Below are positions 53,120 through 63,052 of a stretch of 64,000 nt of DNA, piece after piece. The notes under the pieces are model-generated. The model was not told where the DNA came from and ran no database searches. It worked only from the letters and a program-made list of their open reading frames with translations. The translations under genes and the position numbers were made by a program. Every line of letters starts with the position of its first letter. Position 1 is the first letter of the stretch. This DNA comes from an uncultured bacterium (GTDB taxonomy: Bacteria; Verrucomicrobiota; Verrucomicrobiia; Limisphaerales; UBA8199): NCBI GenBank assembly GCA_963749495.1, contig CAVVMW010000024.1, positions 213,171 through 277,170 of the forward strand, written 5' to 3'.

Positions 53120-53255
53120 CGTATCGAGCGCAGCGTGCGCCACACGGACGGCAACCTAATCTTCACCGTGGCCGTGAAGCTGAGGGGCGCACCGAAGTTC
53201 ACGGCGGCCTTTGCGGCCAGGCACGCCAAGCCGTTCGTTCATCTTCCCCTGAAGC
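53120..53255 (+). pseudogene. YpsA/SLOG middle fragment
   Basis: ERSVRHTDGNLIFT..HAKPFVHL parallels the 52194 protein. Confidence 0.6.
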
Positions 53256-53341
53256 GAATGCCGACGCCGAAGTAGGCGACGTGCGAAGTGCGCAGAGTTG
53301 TCAGCATTGTCACTGTGAACAGGAACTTATATCGTCCACCC

Positions 53342-53845
53342 ATGAGCCATCTTGAGTACGTCGAACGGGAAGCAGCCAAAAACATGGAGTTCCACATGCA
53401 GGACATGGAGTGTCTGCAAAAGGAATCCAATATAACCCTGACGCTTCTGTATGTCCTCATCGCCGCCTCCTTCACGGCGGCAGTGAGACTTTTCGAGTCT
53501 GGCAGGGCAACGGGCTTGGCGCTCGGCCTGTCGGGTTTATGCGCCTATTTGACGATTTTGGCAGTATTCTTGGTGTTTGCCTGTTTGTCCCCGCGCAGCG
53601 TGAAACCGCCAACGAACGAGCCGAACAACCTGAAGATGCGGGAGGGCTACACGTCAGAGGAAATCCGCCAATTTGAACTGGACAACCTCCAGGAGCGGAT
53701 AGACTTCAACACCGACCGAAACGAGTTTACTGCTCGTCGGCTCAACTGCGTGCGCGTGATGGTGTGCCTTAGCCCGTTCCTTTTCGGGACGTTGCTCCTC
53801 CTCCTGCTCGTGTTTGCGAGGGCTTCGGGCCGCTCGTGGTTCTGA
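53342..53845 (+). CDS. Three-TM membrane protein
   Basis: Three hydrophobic segments; TTGTCA-17-TATCGT lies 6 nt before the ATG. Confidence 0.65.
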   Translation: MSHLEYVEREAAKNMEFHMQDMECLQKESNITLTLLYVLIAASFTAAVRLFESGRATGLALGLSGLCAYLTILAVFLVFACLSPRSVKPPTNEPNNLKMREGYTSEEIRQFELDNLQERIDFNTDRNEFTARRLNCVRVMVCLSPFLFGTLLLLLLVFARASGRSWF

Positions 53846-53977
53846 TCCCCGGCGTTGTATCTGTGGAACGTTTGCCGTCCCTCGGCTGCGGCACCGGATT
53901 GGGCTTGGGCGTTGGCGTCGTCGTCGATGGTTTGTTTTGTTCAGCCATGATTTCGAGACGTGAGCAGACCAGAGTCC

Positions 53978-54170
53978 TCATGATCTGGCAAGGCGAATTT
54001 CGTCCAGGGTGTCCTGCACCGACATGCTCTTGTCCGAGTGCATCTTTTTGGCCATCTGCACCCTCGGATCATCCACTGGTATGGGTTTTCTACCGCCAAG
54101 CCGTCCACGGGCACGGGCCGCTTCCAGGCCAGCGCGTGTGCGCTCTTGAATCAACCGGCGCTCAAACTGC
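53978..54170 (-). pseudogene. Serine resolvase/invertase C-terminal fragment
   Basis: QFERRLIQERTRAGLEAARARGRLGGRK. Confidence 0.8.
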
Positions 54171-54464
54171 GGCCAATCGCCCACGGTGTCCACGTCGTCC
54201 ACCTGGCAGGCCCATCGGATGTCGTCGTCAAGGTCCCTCGCTGAGGTCGTTGTCGAGGTCATGGCCAGGCTGCATGTCGAGAACGAGGCGGATGGTGCCC
54301 CAAAGCCCGGAGGCCGGTGGTGGGCACGCCAAATGCGGCCATGGGCCTCTTTTCGGTGCGGTGGGGAAGTCCATCCAGGATGCTGCGGCGGCTCTGTGGG
54401 CCTGCCAGGACGCGTAAACGGGCCTTCTGTCGCGCCGCGTGACCTTCGAGGGCGTGGTTCACGC

Positions 54465-54905
54465 CCCGGACTCCGCCATCGCCAGCGGCATCCCGGAGGG
54501 CGGTTGGTGCCCCAGGGGCCGGAAGGCGGAACACGGGCCGCTCTGGTCGAGACGCCCGCGCCGACTACATCCGGCGCACCCAGCCGGGCGGGCGCGATGC
54601 GGGCGGCACCCCTGGTCGTCCTCGTGGCCATCCAGTCGGTTACTCCCTGCCGAGGCTCCGCTGTTGCTCGGCGTCCAGGAAATCGGCGGCGAGGAACTGG
54701 CAGCCCTCGCCAACGGGACCAGCGCACGCTCCAGGAGGCCCTGCCAGGCGCTTCTCCTGGTCGGCGGGCACAAAGTGACCGGCCAGAACGTCGCGGCCAT
54801 TCTGGACGCGTCCAGGGCTGGGGAGTGGACCAGACGGCAGACCGGTGCCGGTAGCGGACCTGAGCGGAAGCTACCTAAACACCTGAACGTCCGGCTGACC
54901 ACCAC
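54465..54905 (+). pseudogene. Decayed YpsA fragment followed by a decayed EEP fragment
   Basis: [49 protein letters not shown]. Confidence 0.65.
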
Positions 54906-55169
54906 GGTCGCTGGCCCGGATGCTCGGCACGGTCGGCGCACCATGGACGGCAATGACCGCCGCTGGGCCGGAAGGTGGCCTGGGCCAGGCCGGGAGCGAG
55001 CGAGGTGCCGTCCACCTCGCGTGCTGGATGGATGGAGCGCAAGCGAGTTCACGGAGGGGCGGCTGCCGCTGGATTTGGGCACCCCGTTGTTCCGCCTGCG
55101 GCTTAACTGAACGACACCTGCCACATGGGATTGAAATCCCGAGGGCACCGGCTTAAATAAGGTGCGTGA

Positions 55170-55282
55170 TTCTCGACCGGCAAGGTCTGGCCCAGCAGAC
55201 TGCCGCCCTGGCCGCGCAGGGTGTTTACCTCGGCACGTCGCCGTGGAAATGCCCCGGCTGCTGCGGGACGCTCTCCGACAGC
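55170..55282 (+). pseudogene. DUF72 N-terminal fragment (second copy)
   Basis: LAAQGVYLGTSPWK; DNA homologous to 43311-43415. Confidence 0.65.
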
Positions 55283-55331
55283 ATCAAGTTGTTAGTTGAG
55301 TTCCCTTGATCCAATCTTAATGTGAGAAACC

Positions 55332-56417
55332 ATGACAAACACGTGTATGAGTATTGCTGATGACCAAAAGATAAAAGATGTCATCGCTGCACTTGAGGAC
55401 TCGCGATACAAATGGCGCACCGTGAGTGGCGTCGCAAAGCAAACCAGCCTCCCAGAAAAGGAAGTATCCGACACGATAGCCGTGCTCAGTTCAAAAGGTT
55501 TGGTGATCCATTCGTCCATTCCGTCCGAGAATGGTGCGGACCTTTTCACGACGCGCAGCCACTACTCGAAGGCTGCTTCACTTGGTGTTCTTTCCATTTT
55601 CTTCGCAGTGATCGCAGAGGTCGGGCTTGTCTTTTGGACCTCCTCCGAGTTGTTTTCCAGCGTCGAACGTCCTATGCTGGCCGCAGTATTGCTCCTGCTG
55701 GGCATTATCTGTTTTGTTCTGTATTGCACCCATAAATTAGTCGAGTTTGAGACTCTGAAACGGTATTCGCGACCGCTTTGGACGATATGTTTGTTGTTGT
55801 GCGGCACTGTGGCAGTGACATTTTGTGTGGCTTTGTGGTCACTTTCGGAGCGGTTGCGAATCGCCAAAGAACCAAGAATTGAGCCTTCGGTGGTCCACTT
55901 GCATGATGGAACATCCAGCCTGGCAACAAGAGTCGAACTTTTTAATCCGAGCGATGCGCCGATATTTAAGGTCGTAGTCCTCGCTGACGTGGAGAATAAC
56001 GTCGTCCCCGTCAGCTCCGTTACGATGAGCGTGTCGGAGGAACATGTTGAGAAGTTTTCTGATAAGATTGGCATCGAACCTTTCATGGATAGTTGGGGAA
56101 TGGACTATGGTGAACCGGACTTCCAGGGAAGGCTCCGAGTATTCTATGTGATCCGACCACATGAAACCCGTGTTCTTTGGATTCGGGGGACAATGGCCAC
56201 AAATAGCTGGCTGAATCTCTCGGTCGTTGACTATTTAAGGCATCCGTTCCCGATTAAGAGTGATACCAATGGGGTGGTGTGGCCCGGACCGCGTAAAAAC
56301 TCCCCTTTTTGGCGACATACCAAGGCTGAGCCAATGGACTTGGACATTAAAGTCCAAGTCAACGGTCCGGTGCCTAGCAATTCCGTTAATCATTTAGATC
56401 TCCCGATGCGCCGCTGA
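55332..56417 (+). CDS. Hypothetical membrane protein (HTH-like N-terminus, 3 TM, soluble C-domain)
   Basis: Long, lower-GC ORF; WRTVSGVAKQTSL..LSSKGLV resembles a winged helix. Confidence 0.65.
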   Translation: MTNTCMSIADDQKIKDVIAALEDSRYKWRTVSGVAKQTSLPEKEVSDTIAVLSSKGLVIHSSIPSENGADLFTTRSHYSKAASLGVLSIFFAVIAEVGLVFWTSSELFSSVERPMLAAVLLLLGIICFVLYCTHKLVEFETLKRYSRPLWTICLLLCGTVAVTFCVALWSLSERLRIAKEPRIEPSVVHLHDGTSSLATRVELFNPSDAPIFKVVVLADVENNVVPVSSVTMSVSEEHVEKFSDKIGIEPFMDSWGMDYGEPDFQGRLRVFYVIRPHETRVLWIRGTMATNSWLNLSVVDYLRHPFPIKSDTNGVVWPGPRKNSPFWRHTKAEPMDLDIKVQVNGPVPSNSVNHLDLPMRR

Positions 56418-56494
56418 GCCATAATGAGAACGGCGATGGCGCGATTGAGAAGGTCAAAGCCGACCACTACGTTCTGAGTCAGGGCACCACCGCA

Positions 56495-57382
56495 AGCGGC
56501 TTCAAAACCGCCGACCAGATCGAGCAGAAGATCGGCATCCCCTCGCTCATCCGCGCCTGCGCGGGCCTGGGCCATGCCCTGCTGGAGGCGACCGGTAACG
56601 GCCACTGCGCCCTGCCGGTCAAGACGCTCAGGGAGGAGACTGGTAAGCTCCTGGTCGTCGAAGAAGAAATTGTAAACTCCGCGCTGGAACGGACCTTGGC
56701 TGGCGGCAACCTCGTCCAGGAGAAAGTCGGCAACCAGGGCCTGGTGTTCCTTGCCGCCGCTCAAGCGGGCCGAGGAGGGCATCGCCGCCCGGATAAAGTC
56801 CCTGGCAGCCGCGCCCGCGAACTACCCTGCCATTGACCTGGAGAAGGCCGTCGCCTGGTGCCAGGCCAGGACCGGCAAGGAGCTTGCGCCCAGCCATGGT
56901 GCTGCGGAGCCTCATCAACAGCGGCGTCGTGCCGGTGGTGCGCCTGACCGAAGTCTTCCGGCAGGCGGCGCACAGCCGCATCATCACTACCGCCCACCGC
57001 ATCAACGAGGGCATGATGCCGGAGACGCCCGCCAGGGAGGCCGAGTCCGACTTCTACTTCATCAACCGGGCGGAGCCGGAGGCCATCGCCGCCACGCTGG
57101 CCGAGATGGCCAGGACGCGCATCCCGGCCAGGTTCCGGCTGGACCCCATCCGCGACATCCAGGTGCTCTGCCCGATGAACCGGGGGTCGCTGGGCATCCG
57201 CGAACTGAACGTGAAACTCCAGGGCGAGCTGAATCCGGCCAAGCCGGAGGAGCCAGTCGCGGAGAAATTCCGCTGGCAACCCAGCAACTCCTCGTCCTCC
57301 AGCGCACCTTGGTTTGCACGGGCATCACGCCAGGCAAGAAGGCGGTCGTGGTCGTCGGCCAGGGGAAGGCGATGGCCATCGC
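56495..57382 (+). pseudogene. recD2: RecD2-like helicase with multiple internal deletions
   Basis: [49 protein letters not shown]. Confidence 0.85.
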
Positions 57383-57447
57383 GTGGCGGATTCCGACCCC
57401 CGGTGAAGTCGGGGCTGGGGCACCTGTTGATCGCGCAAAGTTCTCGG

Positions 57448-57843
57448 TCAATTCGCTGGGCCGGGCTGAACCTGGATCTGGTCGATGCGGGGGCCTCGGG
57501 GTAGCGGAATAGCCCCGAACAAAAGCAGGTGTAACTGGTGGGCCACGTCCCGCAACACATCCTCGGGAGGCGGGCCTGGTTCCAACAACGGAAGGTCGAG
57601 TTGAAATCGTAAGGTCCAGATCTCCTCGGGTTCAGGGTTGTTGGGGTCAAGAGGGCGAGGCCGGGGGGTGACGGCAACCCGGTCGAATGCTATGTGAAAC
57701 CCTGGAACGATGAGCAGGTCCTGTTCGACTGCGGTGGAGCGGAGCAAATGTCTTAGCTCCCTGCAAACAATGTCCTGGATTGTGGCATAACGATAGTCGC
57801 GGTGCCAGTCTCCTCCTAAGTCGAGTATGATGTCGAATTGCAC
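57448..57843 (-). CDS. Hypothetical protein
   Basis: 131-aa ORF, lower GC than its flanks. Confidence 0.4.
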   Translation of the reverse strand: MQFDIILDLGGDWHRDYRYATIQDIVCRELRHLLRSTAVEQDLLIVPGFHIAFDRVAVTPRPRPLDPNNPEPEEIWTLRFQLDLPLLEPGPPPEDVLRDVAHQLHLLLFGAIPLPRGPRIDQIQVQPGPAN

Positions 57844-57949
57844 TCCTAAAGTGAACCGGTGAACGAGAAGTCAGTCAAGGGAAAGATCCAAACCTGCACA
57901 AGTGTCCAGGCTCCAAGTGATACGGAGTCGCTCAAGGCCAAGCACCAAA

Positions 57950-58240
57950 TGGCGGAACACAGGGCCGCACTGGACTTCGCCATCGCCAGCGGCATCCCTC
58001 ACGGGGGATGACCTCAAAGGCCGGAAGGGGCCGGACGAGCCGAAAAACCGGCGCTGACGCGCTGGCAGGATCAGTCTCTCGGCCATATCGTCCCCCCATG
58101 GCGGACATTCCGCACCCCAAGCTGGAATACAGCCCTATGGCGGGGCACATGGTCGGCCTGCTGCTCAGAAAGGCCCCGCTCCTGGTCGGCGTCCAGGAAA
58201 ACGGCGGCGAAGAACTGGCAGCCCTGCTAATGCGGCCAGC
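57950..58240 (+). pseudogene. Further decayed YpsA fragment plus EEP fragment
   Basis: [31 protein letters not shown]. Confidence 0.6.
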
Positions 58241-58486
58241 GCAAGCTTCCGCAAGCCCTACCAGGCGCTTTTGATGTGCGGCAGGGACAAAGGCGACATG
58301 CCAGAACGAAAGGGCCGTTCCGGGGCCTTCCAGCCGTGGGGGGCCGTGCGGCGGGCAGCGCGTGCGGCGGGCCAGCGCCGGTCACGGACCTGGGGCGCGA
58401 ACTGTCCAAACACCAGGCCCTCTGGCTGACTAACGCGGCTACGATGTTGACATGCTCCGTGAACTCGCGCATAACTCTCTTCCTGA

Positions 58487-59341
58487 ATGAGCGAACAGGA
58501 TTCAGCAGCAAGAATCATCGTGAAGACTGCCGGAGTTTGGAAGGCCAGCCAGATGGCCGAGACCCTTAACGCTTTAGACGGCTTGGCCTCGCGTGTGGGA
58601 ATGGCTTCCCACATTGCCCAGACTTGTCAGCAATTTGATTACGTCACATCGAACCTCCGCGCGTTAGGTTTATTAAAAATCGGTGCTGCCGAGAACTGGG
58701 ACAAAGCAAAAACGCCGACTGACATGATTGGCCGGACAGATTGGGTGAAGTTCGTCGCTCTCATGCGCACGAAGGGAGTTGATATTGAGTTGACTCCGGG
58801 CAGCCTCAAATTCCGCTTTCTGGTTTCCGACGTGCTTGAACTCGTGCCATTTTCTGCTCGGCCCGAAATTGAGCGGATCGAGATGGCCTCGCCTGGTTCA
58901 TGGAGACTACTCCTCACTGGGATCCTGGCCGCAAAAGAAAGCGTAAAACTCTTGGAGAAGATTTTTGATTTTCTTGTTGCTCCCAAAGCGACACGGGCTA
59001 AGAAACATGCCGAAGCCAGACAAACCAGGGCGGAAGCTCGAATGACCGAAGCAAAAGCGAAGCGGGAGGAAGCCCTCGCAACTGGGACGATTCTGAAACT
59101 GGAGCGACAGAAGGTGAATCTCCTGTTTGATTACACTGTGGCCATTGATAGCCTGACAGCATCTTTGCGCAACGCCGGGTTCGACAACGCAGACATCAAG
59201 TCCGCCCTACATGCCAGGATTTGCAAGGACATCGACGTTTTGAGCAAGCACAAGAGTATTGGCCTCCTTGAAAGTGTCAGTGTGAAACGGCTGTTGCTAA
59301 AGGACAGCAGCCCCCCTCTACCGACTGACAATCTACTGTAG
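58487..59341 (+). CDS. Hypothetical protein with a coiled-coil-like segment
   Basis: 284-aa lower-GC ORF, TTGACA upstream, IERIEMASPGSW then an Ala/Glu/Lys-rich helix. Confidence 0.7.
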   Translation: MSEQDSAARIIVKTAGVWKASQMAETLNALDGLASRVGMASHIAQTCQQFDYVTSNLRALGLLKIGAAENWDKAKTPTDMIGRTDWVKFVALMRTKGVDIELTPGSLKFRFLVSDVLELVPFSARPEIERIEMASPGSWRLLLTGILAAKESVKLLEKIFDFLVAPKATRAKKHAEARQTRAEARMTEAKAKREEALATGTILKLERQKVNLLFDYTVAIDSLTASLRNAGFDNADIKSALHARICKDIDVLSKHKSIGLLESVSVKRLLLKDSSPPLPTDNLL

Positions 59342-59349
59342 GGGCGTCT

Positions 59350-59517
59350 ATGCCGTCATACGAGCATGAATGCGCTAAGTGTCGAAAAAGCCTCGACATG
59401 TTGCAGCGATTCGGCGACTTGCCTTTGAAGCACCCCTGCAAATGCGGCTCAATAGAAATCAAAAGATGCCGACATACGAATACGAATGTGGAAGATGCCA
59501 AAGGATATTCGATGTGA
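59350..59517 (+). pseudogene. FmdB-family zinc ribbon, truncated copy 1
   Basis: MPSYEHECAKC..PCKCGSIEIKR runs out of frame into copy 2. Confidence 0.7.
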
Positions 59518-59744
59518 TGCAGAGAATGGCCGACGCCCCATTGAAACGCTGCCCTCAATGCGGCTCAAAGCGCATCGAACGTCGCATCTCACTCCCCACT
59601 ATAATCGCAGCACACAGAACATCGGTCGTGCGCAAGGCGATGACCGACCGCGGCCTAATGATGGACAACAGGACGATAGACGCCACTGCTCCTCCAGATT
59701 TCCGCCTTGGAGTGGCGCATGTGGTTGAGGGTGAGAGAAAGTAG
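59466..59744 (+). CDS. FmdB-family zinc-ribbon protein, copy 2
   Basis: MPTYEYECGRC..CPQCGS..RRIS. Confidence 0.85.
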   Translation: MPTYEYECGRCQRIFDVMQRMADAPLKRCPQCGSKRIERRISLPTIIAAHRTSVVRKAMTDRGLMMDNRTIDATAPPDFRLGVAHVVEGERK

Positions 59745-59771
59745 GCAAGCTAGAAGCGATTGTTGCGTTAT

Positions 59772-60038
59772 ATGCCAACATACGAATACCAATGTGAGAA
59801 ATGTCAAACGACGTTCGATGTCGTCCAAAGGCTGGCAGATCCGCTCTTGAAAAGATGCCCCAAGTGCGGCTCAAAGAAAATCAAAAGGGGCATTTCGCTG
59901 CCCATGATTATTTCACAACCAAAGGCTTCGGGTGTTCGGCAGGGGGTGCCGCAACGCGGCCTTTCATTTGATGCGAAACCTGCTGAGTTTTTCCATCCCA
60001 GATCTGGAAGTGCGATCGGATTCGTCCCGGAATCGTAG
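59772..60038 (+). CDS. FmdB-family zinc-ribbon protein, copy 3
   Basis: MPTYEYQCEKC..CPKCGS. Confidence 0.85.
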   Translation: MPTYEYQCEKCQTTFDVVQRLADPLLKRCPKCGSKKIKRGISLPMIISQPKASGVRQGVPQRGLSFDAKPAEFFHPRSGSAIGFVPES

Positions 60039-60065
60039 TCCTCCAGAGCGGCGTTGGTGGTTCAA

Positions 60066-60344
60066 ATGCCGACATACGAATACGATTGCTCCAGGTGCCG
60101 AAGGACATTCGATGTTGTGCAACGAATCTTCGATTCACCTTTAAGTCGCTGCCCGAAATGCGGCTCGAAGGAAATCAAGCGATGCATATCCCTTCCTGCA
60201 ATCATCTCGCACCCGGAGACCTCGATGGCTGGGAAATCGTCCTCTGATTCTGGGGCATTACACATTGGAAATGCTCCGGCTGATTTTCGGCATCCGAGTT
60301 TCGGTGCTCGGTGCGCAATACGCGTTCCGTTTCGGAGGAACTAG
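60066..60344 (+). CDS. FmdB-family zinc-ribbon protein, copy 4
   Basis: MPTYEYDCSRC..CPKCGS. Confidence 0.85.
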   Translation: MPTYEYDCSRCRRTFDVVQRIFDSPLSRCPKCGSKEIKRCISLPAIISHPETSMAGKSSSDSGALHIGNAPADFRHPSFGARCAIRVPFRRN

Positions 60345-61453
60345 AGCCAGGCGTGACGACCCCGAGCGGTCGCTCGGCGTCGATGGTGGAGGCGCTCGTC
60401 GCCAATCGTGCGTCCAGATGCCCACCAGGACCGGCTCGATCCAGACGGGCTTACGCAACGACCACTCCGGCCCGTGCGGCTGGCTCCGCACATGCCCCCG
60501 ACGCCAATGGACCCTTGGGCTGGCGTGGGTGCCGCCGCCAGGCTCGCGGTCGTCCCGGATCGCGTGATAACCCCGGCCAATCAGGTTGGGCGACCACAGC
60601 TCGCAGTGCTTCACGCGCCCGTGCTTTATCTTCTGCGGTCGGACGCAGTCCCCGGCCTCAACCAACTGCGGGCGCGTGTTCAGAATCACCAGCAGCTTGA
60701 GCATGAGGGCCGAGAGCCGGTCGGTGACCTCCTGGTCCGTCGCGACCCTGCCTCGTCTTTGACGCCGGTGTAGTCGGTGTAAGCGTAGTTCGAGATCGCC
60801 TCGTCCACGCGGTCCTGCCGGAAGTAGCAGGACACGAAGCTCTCCAGGTTGCCGTCGCGCCACGAGTAGTGCTGCCAGGAGACCTTGGACTTGGGCACGG
60901 TAATCGTCGGGCAGCCCGGCAACGCGGGCGCTGCGTAGTCCCCGGCCTCGCAGTTGGCGGCGTAAACGTAGCAAACGTCCCGGCCCAGGTATTCCTGCAT
61001 GAACCGCGCCGGGAATCCCAAGACCATCGCGGGCATCGGCCAGTGCAGGTCCCCCAGGGTGAAGTCGTGCGGCAGGTCGGTCGCGGCCACGGCGCGGGCG
61101 AAGTTCTCGTCAATGAAGTAGATTGGCACCCGGTAGCGGACCACCTGGTAGATGATGACGTGGGCGGCGATCTCAGTGGGGACCTGCGGAAGCCCGACTG
61201 CTCTCTTGAGAATGCGGTTGCTCAGCAGGGCGAACATCCCGGCGCTCACGCATTTGATGGAGTGGTAGCCAGGCGGCGGCTGAATCCGGCGCGGCTCCAG
61301 GAGTGCCGCAAGCTTGGTGTCCTGGAACATCTGGTGCTGGTGCGCGAAATAATCGGAAAGGGAACGCCAGCGCGAGCCGGACCTGCCAGCGAAAGGGTCG
61401 GCTGGCCGGTCGTTCTGCGGCGGCTTGAGCTGTTCAACGGTTGCGTAGGCCAT
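60258..61453 (-). CDS. 'SPRxHxRRGH' protein copy 4, single frameshift near 60747
   Basis: MAYATV... to HASPRVHWRRGH..WIEPVLVG; one base is missing in a G-run relative to copy 2; 3' end uncertain. Confidence 0.75.
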
Positions 61454-61606
61454 CCCGCCAGAGTGGCACGAAATGTCGGCCAACAGGAATTGGTGCAAGT
61501 GGCCGGTTGCCTGCGACTCCCGCCCCGACCACCCGAGGACGAGGCCGTGAGGCCGGATGCCGCCCGGACTTCTCTGTTCCACCCGATTATGTCAATCTCC
61601 CGGGCG

Positions 61607-61940
61607 ATGCTTCGCGTGATCTTCCATTTGGACATGGATGCGTTCTACGCCTCGGTGGAACAAAGAGACGATCCAGCCCTGCGTGGCCAGCCGGTGATCG
61701 TGGGTGCGCCGCCGACACAGCGGGGTGTGGTGTGCGCCTCCAGCTACGAAGCCCGGAAGTTCGGCGTCCGTTCGGCCATGCCCAGCGCCACGGCGGGCCG
61801 CCTTTGCCCCAAGGGAATCTTCGTGCGGCCCCGCATGGAGCATTACCGGGAGGAATCGCGGCAGATCATGCGGATCGTCGCTGAGACGGGGGCGGTTCTT
61901 GAGCAGATGTCCATTGACGAAGCCTACATCGACATGTCGG
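61607..61940 (+). pseudogene. dinB: DNA polymerase IV N-terminal fragment
   Basis: HLDMDAFYASVEQ, SYEARKFGVRSAMP, SIDEAYID, then homology is lost abruptly. Confidence 0.9.
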
Positions 61941-63052
61941 CGCACTGGGTCGGGATCGTCCAGTTTGCCGGGTCGGAACAGCCCACCGCCGTAGCGCATG
62001 ATAGGCAGCGCCTCGTGCTCGGAGCCGTTGCAGATGAGGCGGAACAGCGCCAGGAGCCGAGGCCAGGCGGAAACGCGATGGCGCAACCCCGCGTGGCCGC
62101 GCCCACCGCTGTCACGCTCCAGTTGCTCGCGCAACCCCTGAATGCCGTATGAGGAGTGGTAAATTTGGTTGTTGCGCGGCAGGAGGTCACGGGCTTCCGC
62201 GAACAGCACCACGACGCAGCGCATGATTAGGCGCGTGGCCGCGATGTAGATGTCGCGCCGGGAGGCGGCATGGTCAGCGTCCGCTTCCAGGGCTTCGATG
62301 GCAGCACGGGACTCGCCGATCAACAGCTCGACCGCTTGGCGAACCCGTTCGCCCAGGGCGGCGGACAACTCGGACTGGCCTTTCCTGGAATCGAGGATGG
62401 CGGCCACCAGGGGCGGGTGTTCGCCGGTTGCCGGGGCGGTGAGTGCCTGGCGACCCAGGAGCGCCCGCAGGGCCGTGACCTGGAGGCTTGGCTCGCCTTC
62501 GCTGAACCACAGATCAGTGTCCCACTCGCACCAGGCATCGTAATCCTGGCCCGCGTGGATCAAGCGCCACTGGCTGCCGTTGGTCAGCAAGGCGATCCGG
62601 GCGTCGGACTTCTTCCGCAGCCATTCGTTCACGCGAGCAATGGCCCGGCGACCACGGCCCAGGCCAAGCCGATGGCCTGTGCGCTCGTGACGGGCCGCGC
62701 CATCCGCGTCCACGAAGACCGGAAGCAAACCGCCGTTTGGCTCGCCCCACAGACGGCGAGGCCGGATCACATCGCCGGTCACTGACTTGATGGAATACTC
62801 GCTCGGAACGCCGCTGGCCTTCGTCCATTGGTTCGGCGTCAGGTCGAGAATGGTTTCGAGGACGGTATCCAGGAGCGCAGACAGTCGCTCGGCGGAAGCG
62901 ACTTCGAGCGCGGTAACTTCACGCCGCAACCGGTCGGCAAAATGGCGAGGCAGAGGATCGAGCGTTTCTGGAAAGTGCTCCGCCAAACGCGCCGGAGTAA
63001 TCAGGCAACCGCCATGACGCAACTCGGCCCACCAGGCGTATTCGGTGCTCAC
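61941..63052 (-). pseudogene. Large restriction/methyltransferase protein (DISARM DrmMI-like) N-terminal half, truncated
   Basis: LLTNGSQWRL, LGERVRQAVELL, RCVVVLFAEARDLL, YGGGLF; methyltransferase motifs are missing. Confidence 0.65.

Noticed and set aside
59350..60344. CRISPR or integron cassette array
   Set aside because: The repeated units are protein-coding; no attC-like palindromes or integron integrase were seen
40890..61453. Diversity-generating retroelement template/variable repeat pairs among the duplicated fragments
   Set aside because: No reverse transcriptase in the window, and the differences inspected by eye are not adenine-specific
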